Below the pieces are notes generated by a model. That model was not told the origin of the DNA, made no database searches, and saw nothing but the letters and a program-made list of their open reading frames with translations. A program made the translations under genes and the position numbers. From NCBI GenBank assembly GCA_963774265.1, contig CAVZDU010000003.1:128001-192000 (forward strand): 64,000 bases of DNA, written 5' to 3'. This document shows positions 1 to 12,242 of this stretch, in pieces (positions within the stretch are counted from its first letter, which is position 1; each line of letters starts with the position of its first letter). This DNA is from an uncultured Chloroflexia bacterium. Lineage in GTDB: Bacteria > Chloroflexota > Anaerolineae > CG2-30-64-16.

Positions 1-286
1 TCGTGGGGGTCTGAATTTCCCCGTCTTTCACCCAGACCTTGATATGGTAGAGTTCGCCTTCGAATAGCCCCAGTTGAAAGTTACCGGTCGGCACGATCCG
101 GCCCGCCAGCGCGTAGATCAAACGGCACAGCGCGTCCTGATCCAATTGTGCCTGCAGGATCGACCGGCCGATCTCGGCGAGCGTGTTCAGCTCGGTGAGG
201 CGTCGCGCGAGACGCCGGCCGGATGGGCTTCTGCTGGTCGCGCGCCGCCCCGCGCTCGCGCGGCCGGCGACCCTGGCCTGGGTCAC
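1..286 (-). CDS. GAF-domain protein N-terminus, probably RsbU/SpoIIE-type PP2C phosphatase (runs off window start)
   Basis: Manual translation from GTG at 286, which overlaps the rsbW stop (GTGA): MTQARV...RRLTELNTLAEIGRSILQAQLDQDALCRLIYALAGRIV. This is a typical coiled-coil/GAF entry. It follows anti-sigma and anti-anti-sigma genes. Confidence 0.6.
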   Translation of the reverse strand, partial: MTQARVAGRASAGRRATSRSPSGRRLARRLTELNTLAEIGRSILQAQLDQDALCRLIYALAGRIVPTGNFQLGLFEGELYHIKVWVKDGEIQTPT

Positions 287-735
287 TTCACTCCCCGCTT
301 AACCATCGTCAGGAGATTGCCGTCGGGCAGGGTTTCGTAGTGCACCTCGTCCATCAACCGGTGCATCAGAAGCAGCCCCAGCCCTCCGACAGGGCGCTCC
401 TCAAGGGGCGTTTCCAGGTCGGGCGGATCGATCTTGCCGGGCTTGAACGGTTTGGCCCGATCGCGCACGCCGATTGTCACATCATCGCCCGAGACTTCAA
501 TGCGCACGGCCAGAGGACCCCCGCGGCCCTTGTAGCCGTGTGCGATGACATTGCTTGTTGCCTCCTCGACCGCCAGGGTCAGGTCGAAGCACAAACCGGG
601 GCTGATCCCCGCGTCCGCGCACGCGGCCTCAACGAACTCCAGCATGCCCGGCACATCGCTCATTGCCCCCCCGCAGCTCATCTCCCGCACAAACTCTTCC
701 GTCACAGCCCCATCGCCCCCCAAGATCTGTGGCAA
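283..735 (-). CDS. rsbW: Anti-sigma factor Ser/Thr kinase (RsbW/SpoIIAB-like, HATPase_c_2)
   Basis: Motifs LAVEEATSNVIAHGY, VRDRAKPF and RPVGGLGLLLMHRLMDEVHY. True start is probably GTG near 702. Confidence 0.85.
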   Translation of the reverse strand: MPQILGGDGAVTEEFVREMSCGGAMSDVPGMLEFVEAACADAGISPGLCFDLTLAVEEATSNVIAHGYKGRGGPLAVRIEVSGDDVTIGVRDRAKPFKPGKIDPPDLETPLEERPVGGLGLLLMHRLMDEVHYETLPDGNLLTMVKRGVK

Positions 736-804
736 AACAGAAAAAAAGCTGGAAACCAGCTCACATCGCGCCGGTTTCCAGCCTCAGCATTCGACTCAAT
801 CGAC

Positions 805-1140
805 CTAGAAGCTGCCGACCGCTTCCGCTTCGGTCTCATACACGATGAACTGACTGCTCAGGCCGGTCAGGTCCAGAACCTTCTTGATGTTCGGATTGAC
901 CTCGGCCAGCCGCATATCGCCCCGGTTCCAGCGCCGGCAGCTCTTCCATGTACTGATCAACTCGCGCAAGGCCGCACTGGACGTATAGGTCACGTCCTTC
1001 ATATTGACCACCAGCTTGAAATGGCCCGTGTCAGTCAGGCTGCGTAATTGGGTTCCGAGCTCAGGCGCCACACTGCCGTCGATGCGTCCGCCCAGGCGGA
1101 CCAGCGTACAGCGCTTCAGGTCGACGTTCGAGAACTCCAT
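805..1140 (-). CDS. rsbV: STAS-domain anti-sigma factor antagonist (RsbV-like)
   Basis: LGGRIDGSVAPEL...VNMKDVTYTSSAALREL...KVLDLTGL. GGAGG RBS before ATG 1140. Confidence 0.85.
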   Translation of the reverse strand: MEFSNVDLKRCTLVRLGGRIDGSVAPELGTQLRSLTDTGHFKLVVNMKDVTYTSSAALRELISTWKSCRRWNRGDMRLAEVNPNIKKVLDLTGLSSQFIVYETEAEAVGSF

Positions 1141-1244
1141 GTGATTACCTCCGTGGGTTGCCAGCGTCGCAAGGAAAAGGCGAGACAAGTCACCTAGTTT
1201 AGGTCAAACAATATACCACAAACAAGCAGGTGGCACAACTCCAG

Positions 1245-2756
1245 TTAGCCCTTGACTGTCGAGGCGGCATCGCGACGGACGAGCCCGACCACGGCCATCC
1301 CTAACCCCAGGTAGCTCCACAGCAGCACGCTCATGTGCGGATACACCAGGTTGAACAGGTAATGGTCGAAGATGCCGCCGACCAGCGCGCCGACCACGGC
1401 CGCGGCCAGCCCCAGCAGCAGCGCCTCCTGGCGGGCACACACCGACTCCCCGTCTTCGTGCCCTCTGGGTCCTTTGCGTCTTTGTGGTGAACTAACCGTC
1501 CGCCGCCACGCACGCCACAGGCTGACCAGGTAACCGACGATTACGAGGAGGAACGCCAGCACCCCCAACACGCCCATGATCTCGGCCATGAGCAGATACA
1601 GGTTGGACACGCCGACGTAGAGGTCCGCATCGGGCGAGCCCGCAAAGCCCACGCCGAACCAGGGATACCGGCTGATGAGCGCGAGCGCGTCCTTGTACTC
1701 CCCCAGCCGCATCAGCGTGGCGCGGTCCTGCAGCTGGATGCCTTCGATGAAGCGCGCGACGTACGCCTGCGTCTGGGGCAACAAGAGGAGCAGCAGCCCA
1801 CCCCCCAGCGCCAGGAGCAGGAGCTTCCGGTAGCGCAGCACGCCGATGAGGAGCAGCCCCACGGCCAGCCCGACCAGCGAGCCGCGGCTGTAGGTGAGGT
1901 AGAGCGCCAGCAGCTCGACCAGCAGGAACAGCGCCACCAGGCTGCGGTGGAACAGGGGCGCAGGGCTGACCAGCTGCGGTGTGGTCAGGCCGATGATCAG
2001 GATCAGGAACCCGCCCAACACGTTCGGGTCGACCATTGTCCCGATCGCGCGCATGGGGTTCGCGGTGTCGTCCTCGATGTAGCGCAGTGCGCCCGCGCCG
2101 CCCGGATACCCGAACCGGCCCAGTGCGTTGAGGATGCGAATGGTCATGGTGTCGGGGATGACATAAAAAACGACCGCGATGGCCGCGGCCGCCGCGCCCG
2201 CGAGCATGATGAGCCGCGCCAGGAGCTCGGTGTCCCTGTTTGTCCGCAGGGCGTTGACGAGGACGAAGAAGAGCCCGATGGCCATCACCAGCTCCGCGAA
2301 ATTGCGGATGGTCGTCACCGTAGGCCGGCTGAACCGGAGGCCGTTGGCGAACGCGAAGAACGCGACGAGCATGAAAAGGAGCACGGCCGCGCCGATGGGA
2401 GTGCCGATCAACTCGCGGTCGCGCCGCGTGGCCACGCGCATGATCCAGACGAAGTACACGGCCAGCAGGCCCAGGTTGAGGAACGTTGGCGTGAAGCCGA
2501 TCTTGAAAGGCAGCGTGGCGAACGGCAGGAATCCGATCACCGCGAACAACGCCACCAGGCCCCAGCGAATATCCCGCAGCATCAGGACGCCGAAGACCAG
2601 CACGAGGAACGCCGCCGTGCCATAGAGCGGCCCGCCGATGGCCACCAACAACGCGGCCGCCAGGCTGCCCATCCCGATCAGCAGACCGCGGGCCAACCCG
2701 GCCGTCCGCGCATGGGGGCTGAACAAGGCCGATTCGAAGCGATCCAAAATCCGCAT
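1245..2756 (-). CDS. O-antigen ligase (Wzy_C/WaaL-like) family membrane protein
   Basis: Multi-TM protein with RAIGTMVDPNVLGGF, LTYSRGSLVG, YPWFGVGFAG, SNLYLLMAE and GGIFDHYLF. Confidence 0.8.
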   Translation of the reverse strand: MRILDRFESALFSPHARTAGLARGLLIGMGSLAAALLVAIGGPLYGTAAFLVLVFGVLMLRDIRWGLVALFAVIGFLPFATLPFKIGFTPTFLNLGLLAVYFVWIMRVATRRDRELIGTPIGAAVLLFMLVAFFAFANGLRFSRPTVTTIRNFAELVMAIGLFFVLVNALRTNRDTELLARLIMLAGAAAAAIAVVFYVIPDTMTIRILNALGRFGYPGGAGALRYIEDDTANPMRAIGTMVDPNVLGGFLILIIGLTTPQLVSPAPLFHRSLVALFLLVELLALYLTYSRGSLVGLAVGLLLIGVLRYRKLLLLALGGGLLLLLLPQTQAYVARFIEGIQLQDRATLMRLGEYKDALALISRYPWFGVGFAGSPDADLYVGVSNLYLLMAEIMGVLGVLAFLLVIVGYLVSLWRAWRRTVSSPQRRKGPRGHEDGESVCARQEALLLGLAAAVVGALVGGIFDHYLFNLVYPHMSVLLWSYLGLGMAVVGLVRRDAASTVKG

Positions 2757-2775
2757 AATCCTCAATCTTGAATCT

Positions 2776-5700
2776 TCAATCTTCAATCTCGTAGCTCGCC
2801 AGCACCACGTGATCGTTCCCGTCAAGGGTTTGCAGCCGCGGCGAGCCCTCCACGGTGGGGTCGTAGAGCGCAGCGATCAGGCGATAGGATCCGGCAGGCA
2901 GGGTGCGCGCCAGGGGCAGCGAATAGGTCGCCGGCGCCGCCTCCAAATCCGCCTGACCGAAGGGTTGGTCGATCTGCGCGATCACTTTGCTCCCTGCGTC
3001 GAGCAACTGCAGGGTAAGCTTTTCGTTCCCGCTGAGACTCTGCTGCCCATCCTGCCATTGCATAGTGATCGACACCACGTCTCCCGGAGAGAGTCGCTCG
3101 CTGAGGACCGCAGCGCCCGCCAGCTGCAACCCATTTGCGAAGGAGATCGCTGCTGCCGGCAGCTCTGAGGGCGGTCGCTCGTAGACCCGCACGCGCCAGT
3201 CGCCGACCGGCGTCTCGCCGATCAGCTTGTAGGCCTCCTCAAGCGTCCTCGCTGCGATTTCGCTGTCATCCCAATTTTCGCTCGGCTGGACCGCAACAAC
3301 CACTCGTTGGACGTCCTGCGCCGCCAATTGGTTCACCAGCGCACGCGCTCTGGACTCATCGTTGGCAGCCGGCGGCAGGACGAAATGATCCACCCCGCTC
3401 GTGACATAATACCATAGAGTGGGGTCGGGGTAAGTCTGGGCGAGGCGCACCTTTGCCTCCGGCCAGCTGCGGGAATATCGATCCAGCACCGCAGCAAGCT
3501 GGCGCCACCCGCGGGATTTGGAATAGGCCGGGTCATCGTAGTAATGTAGCAGGGATGCGAGCGTCGCCACAAGCAGGACAGCGAGCAGGGCCGCCCGAAC
3601 GTAGACGACCGGACGATCTGCCGCGCGGCCCCCCGGGCGGCCGGCCACCCCCGCGATCATCAGGAGCAATCCCGGCAACGCCGCGATGATATAGCGTTCG
3701 TTGAAGATGGGCCGGGCGAGGGCTCCGGCCCAGGTGATCAGGAGCGGTGCGAGCAGGTAGGGAACCAGCAGCCACAACGCCCGGCGGCCGGCGGCCGACC
3801 TGGCCAGCCTGAGCGCGCCGAGGAGCGCCAGGATCGCGGCAAGGACCCCGACCGCCGCTCGTTGGCCGGCCGGCATGGTTTCGCCCACCGCGAATACGCC
3901 CAGCGACCGCAGCCACAAGGAGACAAAGCCAGGCGAGTCGCCGTTGCCCACGTACCCGGTGAGGGTCGACCGGGCCGCGATCAGCCAGGGCAGGTAGAGT
4001 AAGCCCGTGGCGACCTGGCTGGCCAGCCACGGCGCCAGGAGCCGCCGCTCCTCGCGGTTCGCGATGGCCCGGCCCAGCACAAAGAGGTTCTGTGCGACGA
4101 TGATGTACGCCGCGTAGTAGTGCGTTTGCAGCGCCAGCCACGTGACGACCACATACGCCGCCCAAACTGCCGTCGCGCCCCGCGTGCGCCCGCACGTCGG
4201 GGCGACCGGGGTAGGGGCGACCGGCCGGTCGCCCCTACGGATGGCGCGCGCGCCAGCGCCTCCAGCATCAGCAGGGTGCTTGCCAGCGTCAGGGCGAGGC
4301 TGATGCTGTACATCCGCGCGTCCTGGCTGTGCCAGATCGCATACGGGCTGATCGCCAGCAGGCCCCCCGCCAGCGCCGCGGCACCCTTGCCCAGCCCTAG
4401 CCGCCGCGCCAGCCGGTAGATCAGGGCGACCGCCAGCACGCCGAACCACGCGGACACGAAACGCAGCGCAAATTCGGTGTGGCCGGCCAGCTTGAGCCAC
4501 TCCCCCTGGACCACGTAACTCGCCACCGGGTGCGGCTCAGCCAGCTCGATCGTCTGCCGGACGAGCTTCGGCAGCGACTCCAGGCTGAACAGCCGCCCCA
4601 GCGCCTCATCGCCGCGCAGCTCCTGGTACCCCAGGCGGAAGGCCCGCAGGCCGAACGCCACCAGGACGACCGCGGGGGCGACCAAACCTCCCAGGGCTCG
4701 AAGACCTGGCAGGTTTACACCCCGGCGCCTCACGACCATCGCGCCTGCAAGCAGGACGATCGTCAGCCCGCTGATCAGCAGCCCCCAGCGCACGCTTGCC
4801 GGTCGGTAGCTCAGCTCTAGGGTCTTTTCGCCCGCGGCCACGGGCAGGCCGAGGAACGTAAGGTTGGTCCGCAGGACCGGCGCCTCCACTGACGAAGCGT
4901 CCTGAGCGGGCGACGCTTGCATCGCGCGCAGCGGAGTCGAAGGATCGCCGTCCTGAATCGTCGCATGCCAGTCCGGCAGCCAGTTTTCGCTGACCACCAG
5001 GTAGCCCCCGTATTCACTCTTGAGATGGATGCGCAGGTGACCAGGGGCAATCTGCTCCACCTGCACCTCACTCGCGCCCGCGTTGGCCAGGATGCCGTCT
5101 TCCAGCCCGATTGGGCGGCCTGACCCGTTGACGGCCGGCGGCAGCAGCGCGGTCTGCGCCAGGTTCAACCCCCCGTCGCTGAGCCGCGGGAGCGCGGCTG
5201 CGTCATCCGCAGTAGCCAGCGAGTTGACGACCCAGGCCCGCGGATGGTTTTCCGCCAGGCGATGGACCAGCGAAGCAGTCTCGGAGGCGGGTGCGGCAGA
5301 CCCGCCGGGGGCGCCCGTCTGCTCGGCGCCGGGCAGCTCCGCAACCACCTGGCTGGCCGTGTAGAGGTCATCCCGGGACGTTAGCACGTATTGCGTGCCC
5401 GTCAGCTGCCAGAGCCGCATCTTGGGAAAGTCGCCCAGCAATGCCTCATAACGCGCAAGACGAAGGGGGCTGGTGCCCGCCACGTCCTCGACGCCGACCA
5501 GCATGCCATAGTCCGCGGGCAGGATGTTCTCGTTCTGTACGCGGGGGGCCGCACCCTCGCTGTTCGTGGCAAGGATCGTCCGCAGCGCAAGGGCCTCCCC
5601 CTGAGGGAGGACAGGCCGGTCGCCTAGATTCGTGCCCACGTTCGCCACGAACAGCTCGAGCAGGACCGCGGCTGTGACCAGGACTGCGGCCGTCTTTCGG

Positions 5701-7109
5701 GGCAGCGGCGGCAGCGTCACGACGAGCATCACCGCGATCACGGCCCCGCCGACAATACGGCCGCGCAGCAGTGCCGCCTGGCCCATTGCGTCCAGCGTCG
5801 GGCCCAGCACCAGGCCGATCGCGATCAGGGCTGCGGCGGCGATGGCCACCCAAACCAACCCGGCCAAGCGGCGCTTTCGATGTGATAAGGCGAAGAGCGC
5901 GGACGCCCCGTACGCGGCGGCGATGCTCAAGGCGAAGGCACAGAGGTAAGCCGCACGCTCCTGCCCCCGGAACATGCTCCAGCCGGGCGCCCACCGGTAG
6001 AGCAGCGGATACAGAAAGCTGTGGCTCCCATAGCTGGCGAGCAGCGCCGCCACTGCAACCGTCACGAAGAAAAGCAGGGGCGCGTTCGCGTGCGCGTCCA
6101 CAGGCAGGCTCGCACCAGCCTGGCCATCCGCAGGCACCGGCCTGCGCCGGAACAAAGACGCGATGCCTGAAACCGCAGCCAGCAGTGCCAGTCCCAACCC
6201 CACGATTCCAACGAAAAGCGGCGAGAATTGGCTCACCACGCCGGGTGCGAACATCTGCCACGTGTCTTTGAGCGGAAACCCACCGCTGACGAACGCGTAA
6301 TCCACATTGGCCCGCACGCTGAGGGACGTGAACTCCAGGCTGGGCCACAACTGCGCCGCGCTCAGCCCCAGGAACAGCGCATAGAACGCCGCCACCTTCG
6401 GCAGCTGCGCCCACCTGACTCCCGCCCCCGTCACAAACAGCAGCGCGATCCAGCCCGCCACACAGTAACTCAGGAATAGGAAGGTCTGCGGATGGCCCCC
6501 GAGGAAGGCGACCGTGTAGGCTCCCGCGGCCGCGACCCACCACCGCCAGCGCGTCCCCCCAACGAACGCGCGTCGCAAGCACCACAGGACCATGGGCAGC
6601 CAGATCGCAGTGCGGAGGACGGCCGTCTGCAGGGGTGGATAGCCGGTTAGATACCCCGACAAGGCAAACAGGCAGCCGGCAAGAAAGGCCGCGGCCCGGT
6701 TTTGCACGAGGTCTCGGGCGAGCAGGTAGGTGAAGAAGCCGGCCAGGGCAATCTGCAGGGCCGCTTCGACCTGCAGCCAATACAGCCGGGACATGGCCTC
6801 GCCCCAGGGCAATGTCAGCCCGAGCACCAGGTTGCTGATGGGGTAGAAGACGGCGGCCTGGATATCCGCCAGGAACGGGTGCCCTGAGAAGGTGTACGGG
6901 TTCCAGATCGGCAGCCGCCCCGCCAGGATTTCGGCGCGCTGGAACAGACTGAACGGCAGGAAGTGATCCGTGAAGTCGCCGGTCGGAAACCAGCGCAGGC
7001 CGAGCAGGATGGGAGCATAAAAGGCCGCGGTGAGGGCCAGATAACCAAGCAGAGCGATCAGATCGTGGCGCCGGCTTGAGGTAATCGCCCGTAGCCGCCT
7101 AGACATCAT
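2776..7109 (-). CDS. YfhO-like GT-C domain fused to a second GT39/PMT-like domain and a C-terminal beta-sandwich module (one frameshift near 4170-4250)
   Basis: N-terminal GRLPIWNPYTFSGHPFLADIQAAVFYP (YfhO-type) and LVVSENWLPDWHA. Then LRAFRLGYQELRGDEA and WHSQDARMYS (PMT_2). It continues in ORF 2776..4500 (WAAYVVVTWLALQTHYY...PAGSYRLIAALYDP). Confidence 0.75.
4211..4238. repeat. GTAG-family REP, perfect 28-bp palindrome inside a CDS
   Basis: GTAGGGGCGACCGGCCGGTCGCCCCTAC, translated as VGATGRSPL. Confidence 0.8.
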
Positions 7110-7147
7110 TCGAATATCATACCACGGAATTGCGCCGGGCGCTTGCT

Positions 7148-7176
7148 TTGACAGATGCCGTGAAATGGGCTACAAG
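7148..7176 (+). promoter_or_regulatory. Sigma70-type promoter for the DUF2079 gene
   Basis: TTGACA (7148-7153), 17-nt spacer, TACAAG (7171-7176). This implies the start is ATG 7204 rather than 7165. Confidence 0.5.
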
Positions 7177-7203
7177 GTGAGCACTCTGACGCACGGGTCG
7201 TCT

Positions 7204-9698
7204 ATGCCGCGAGCTAATCACAAAGCCACAGAGGGCAGAGAGAGCACAAAGAGACCGGGCTGGATCGCACAGACGCTGCTCCAACCCGATCAGTGGGGCA
7301 ATGCCGCGCTGGCTGCCATCGGCGGATATTCCGCCGCCCTGGCCATCTGGGAGATCAGCCATCTGGCGATCCTCTCGGACTTTATCTTCCACAACGATCT
7401 TCCCCTCCCTGCGCGGCGTGACCTCGCGGTGTTGCTGCTGGCAGGGATCGGACTCGGGCTGATCGCTTGGCTGGGACTGGGCCTGATTCTTGCGCGGCCA
7501 CGAGGCCTGTCCCTGGGACGGGCGTTTTCGCGTGCGGCCAGGCTGCTGTTCCTTGCCGCCCCGCTGTGCTTCTTGCCCGTGCTCGCGATCCCGACCCCGC
7601 AGGATACGGCCCCGTTCTTCGCGTTGGCCTGCCTGGCCGGCGCGATCGTGACCGCCGCACTGGCCCTGAAGCTGCTGCTGCAGCCGCTGCCGGCCAACCC
7701 GGCGGACGGCCTGGCGGCCGGTCCGGCGCCATCCGAGCCGGATCCGGAGCGTGGCGACGCCGGCAGCGAGGCAAGGCCGCGAACTCCCTCCACCCGACCG
7801 CCGGCCTCCCGCAGTGGATGGGCCTTGGCGCTGGGGCTCGCCCTCGCTTACGCGCTCTTCATGAGCGTGCTCACGGTTGCCCGCCACAACAGCTTTCTGA
7901 CCAACGCTTTCGATCTTGGCATCCATGACCAGGCAATCTATAACATCCTGCATAGCGGCTATATGCGCTCGACCCTCTATGGCACGTATGCAATCGACTA
8001 CATCGGCGACCATTTTTCACCGATCCTGTATCTGCTCGCTCCACTCTATGCCCTTTTTCAGGATGCGCGGACGCTGTTGATCCTCCAGAGCCTGTTCCTG
8101 GCCGCCGGCGCACTGCCGCTTTACCTGCTCGCGCATCTCAAGACCCGGAGCACCTGCCTCGCCCTGACACTGGTGATCGCCTACCTGTTCCATCCCGCCC
8201 TGCACGGGGTCAACCTGGACGACTTCCACCAGATTGCACTGGTGGTTGTCTTCCTGCTGGCAGCCCTGTACTTCCTGGAGACCGATCGTGACGCACCATT
8301 CCTCATCACGCTGGCGCTGGCGTTGATCGTTAAAGAGGAAGTCGCGCTCACGGTCGCGGCGATTGGCGCCTATGCATTTCTGGGCAAGCGCCGTTATCGG
8401 TTGGGCGCCGCGGTGGCGTTAGCCGGACTGGTCTATTTTGCCGTTGTGGTCGGCTGGGTGATGCCCCACCTGGGCGGCACGCCCCAGATCGATACGCGTT
8501 TCGGCGACTACATGGCGCCTGGGACCGACGGCGCGAGCGGCGTTGCGTGGACGTTGTTCACCAATCCCTGGTTCACGGCCGTGCATGTCTTCGGCAACCA
8601 GGCCAAGCTCCTCTATCTTCTGCAGGTCTTCTTGCCGGTCTTGTTTCTGCCCTTGCTTGCCCCGGGCGCCGCATGGCTGGTGGCGCTGCCTGCGCTGGCC
8701 GTGCTCCTGCTCACGAATGCACACACCCAGTACGACATCACCTACCACTACTCAGCGCATCTGCTGCCGTCGGTGTTTTTCCTCGCCGCCCTGGCCCTGG
8801 GCCGTGTCGCACGGAAAGGTCCGGCGCTGAAACGCGCCCTTGCGGCGGCCTTGCTCGTCTCTGGCCTCGGCATGAGCTATCTTTACGGCCAGATCCTGCC
8901 CAGGGCTGGACTGCAAATTCCCCAACCGAACTCCCACGATAGGGTTGCCGCGAGTTTCTTCAACGAGATCCTCGCGACGCGGTGGTGAGCACCATGAGCG
9001 CCTTTGCACCGCATCTGACGACGCGCAGGGACATCTACCTGTTCCCCGATGTGGCCGATTCCGAGTATCTGCTGCTGGACACCGACCTGCACGCCAACTA
9101 CTGGCCGCATGAGGGCCTCAAGGCGCGCGATCGATCCCTGCGGGACATGCTCCCTCATTTGACCAGCGGCCAGTTCGGAGTGGTGCGGGAAGAAGATGGG
9201 GTGATCCTCTTGAAGCGGGGTTATGACCTGGCGGGCAACGCAGACGCCCTGCGCGTGATGTTCTCACCCAGCCTGGAGGCCGAGGAGCTGCGTTCAGACT
9301 TCGACGGTTCCCTTGTCACCGATGTGGCTGCGAGCGGTGGGCAGGCTCGAGCTGTCACGCCTGCACAGCGCCGGGAGGATGGCAGGAACGGACTCGTCTA
9401 CGGTCCCTACCTGGACCTCCAACCCGGCGTCTATCGGGCGACGTTCATCATGAAGGTGGGAAGCCGGCCGCCGGAACGGGTCGTCATGATAGACGTCTTC
9501 ACGCATAAGGACGGCTACCCGCGCGTTGAGCGAGAAGTTCGAGGAACAGATTTCGCCCAGGCCGGCGCCTACCAGGCATTCACAGTCGACTTCAACACGA
9601 GCGGCCAGATCCTTGAGGACGTCGAGGTTCGCGCACTCTATGACTTCAACGCCGATCTCTCCGTGGATCGGGTGGACATCGAATACCTCGGGCCGTGA
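7204..9698 (+). CDS. DUF2079 family GT-C membrane protein with extracellular C-terminal domain (frameshift near 8975)
   Basis: AFDLGIHDQAIYN, GDHFSPILYLLAPLY, DFHQIAL, KEEVALTV and YHYSA. It continues in ORF 8982..9698 (VSTMSAFAPHL...GLVYGPYLDLQPGVYRATF). Confidence 0.75.
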
Positions 9699-9711
9699 AG
9701 GATCGGAAGCA

Positions 9712-12239
9712 CTACGGGAGCGTCACTGTGCCCAGCGGAACCCTTTGGTCTGGGGACGCGGGGTCGACTGACAAGTTCCTGAAGCCCGGCGTTTCCCCGG
9801 GGCGCACTTCATACATGCCGGCGCGAAGCTCGAATTGCCCGGCCGATCCTGAGGGCAGAGTCAAGCGATGGGTGTCCGCGATCAGCTCGCCCTGCTTCCA
9901 GCGCGTCGTGGGCGTGTACCCGCCCACCGGATCCCCGTCGTGCTGGCCGATCACAGTCCCATTCGCGTCCAGCAAGTGCACGAAGACTTTGTAGTTCTGA
10001 TTGGTCTCCCGCAAGGCAAACCAGTATAGCGTGACGTCGAGCGCACGCTCGCCCTTCGCCGGGACGACATCGTAGGCGATCAGCTGCGCCACATCTTCCA
10101 CCGTGCTCTGAACGGGCGTTGGGGTCCACGTTTTGACGCCCAGCCCTGCGCCGTTGGCGATGATGATCGCAATTAGCCCGACCAACAGGGGCGCGACAAT
10201 CGTGACGCCGGCTCGATCGCGGCGGCGCATCTGCCAGCGATGAGTCCAACCTCTGAGCGCCCAGCCTAGCGCGCTCAGCGCCACGATGAAGCTCGCGGCC
10301 ATCGCAGCGCGCGTTGGGCCGAAGCGAAAAGCGAGCTGTGCGGTATCGGGAAGCACATCAACGGTCACCAGGCCCATCTCCCCGGAGGCGTAGGTGACCG
10401 TTCGCTTGCCGTCGACGAAGCTCTGCCACCCCGGCAGGTGGAACTGGTGGAGCCGCACCGTCGGGGGCGCGGCCGATTCGAACTTCAGATCGAGGCGGTC
10501 ATAGCCGGCCGACGCCAGGTGCAGCCGCGGCAGCGGCGAGAGCACCGGCCCGCTTTGCGCTCCCTCCAATGGGCGCCCCAGCGCCCATCTTTGCTCCTTC
10601 ACCGTTCGCGGCAGGAACTCACCCGTCCACGTCGCGCCCACCTGTCCCGCGTCCGCATCCTCTTGCCACATGGCCGCGGTCCCCCACGCCTCAGCCGCGG
10701 TCAATGCGAGCGGCTTAGCCGGCGTGCACGCTAACCCACTGAGCATGTAGACGGCGGCCAGTAGCGCAATCAGCGCGATTTGCACGTTGTGAGGGCTGGC
10801 GCCGAAGAGGCCGGCCTGTGACGCCGTAGGCGCCCCGTCCCCCTGCACGAACGGGTCGGCCACAGGACTGCCTGCGGTCGTGTGGCCTGCTTCAGCAGGC
10901 GTGGCATCGTAGCCTGGGGTTTCAACCCCAGGCGGGTCTCAGGGTGCGACCCCCCGCGCACCCCCATGAGCGGACCCACGCGCGCCCTCACGCACCGCTC
11001 CACGTGCGACCCCCGGCGCAGCCACAACCACGCCTACCGCGATCGTCAGCCCCAGAGCAACCAGCGCCATAAACCGCCAGGGGTACTGGAGCTGCGCCAG
11101 GACCGGCTGGAACAGCTGCCAGACCGGAAGCGACGGCGTACTCGTCATCAGGGCCGCGGCGCCGGCCAGTGCGAGCCCGTAAGCCGCGGATACAGCACCG
11201 GTCATCGGCTTTCGCGTCGCCCAGCGCCACACCAGCCACCCGGCGATTCCCACGAGCAGCAGACGCGGCCGGCCACCCCAGCGGATGTTCCGCCGCGCCG
11301 GTTCCGTGCGACAAGCGATACCGGTACAGCGGCAGCGTCTGGATCAACTGTCCCAGGGGCGCAAGGTGGCGCACATACCCGTCGGACGGCCCCAGCCCGA
11401 TGCCCACATAGCGGCTTTCAGCCAGGAACGGCAGCCACACCCACGCGCTCAGGCCTACCGCCAGGACTACGCCTGCGGCCGCGCCCCAAAACCGCCGCCA
11501 ATTACCGGTGGCGGCCGCCAGGGTGAGGACCAGGGCAACCCAGGCGGGCGCCATCAACAGCGCAGTGAGGTTGTGCGTGTAAACCAACCCGGCCCATGCC
11601 AGGCCGCCCCATAGATAGGCCGGCACGGGGTGTGCTTCCCGAAATGCCTCGACGGTGGACCAGACGATGAGCGGCAGGAAGATGAACGCCAGATGCTCCG
11701 GCAGCGCGCCGCGCAGGTAGGCGTCGGCCAGGTGATACGGAAAATAAGTGTAGACAATGGCTGCCAGGACCCCGCCCGTTTTTCCCCACAGGTACTTGCC
11801 CATGCCGTAGGCGGCCAGTGCGGCCAGCACAAAACCGAGGGCGATGGTCCACTCAGCGGCGGCCGCCGGCGACATGCCAAGGACAGCCAGCAGCGCGCCC
11901 GGCACGTAGCTCAACGGCGCGTAGAAGTTGAGGACCGCCTGGCCGTACCCAAAGCCGAACTGTGGAAATAGCCGGGGGTAGAGGACCCCATGCTCCCAGG
12001 CATCGGCGAGGGCCGCAATACGGTACACGTGGAAGAGCCCGTCGTCGGAGACGAAGAAACCGTGAGGGAGCAGGGGGACGAGCGCGGGCAGCACCAGCAG
12101 CAGCGGCAACAGCCACCCCGCGCGCGGATTGCGAGTGACCCGCAGGGCGGCTTCGCCAGCTGCGCGAAGAACGCCAGGCCACGTTCGCGTTGTTCGCGCC
12201 TTCGCGTGCGTCCTGCTGGGCAGGGTCTTTGTGGTTCAC
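9712..12239 (-). CDS. PTPS-related (GT-C) membrane glycosyltransferase with C-terminal beta-sandwich module; several frameshifts
   Basis: SDDGLFHVYRI, GVLYPRL, GFGYGQAVLNFYAPL, YLRGALPEHLA, LQYPWRF and NYKVFVHLLD...PTTRWKQGE are spread over ORFs 11853..12239, 10988..12109, 10939..11253 and 9712..10863. Confidence 0.7.
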
Positions 12240-12242
12240 TTC

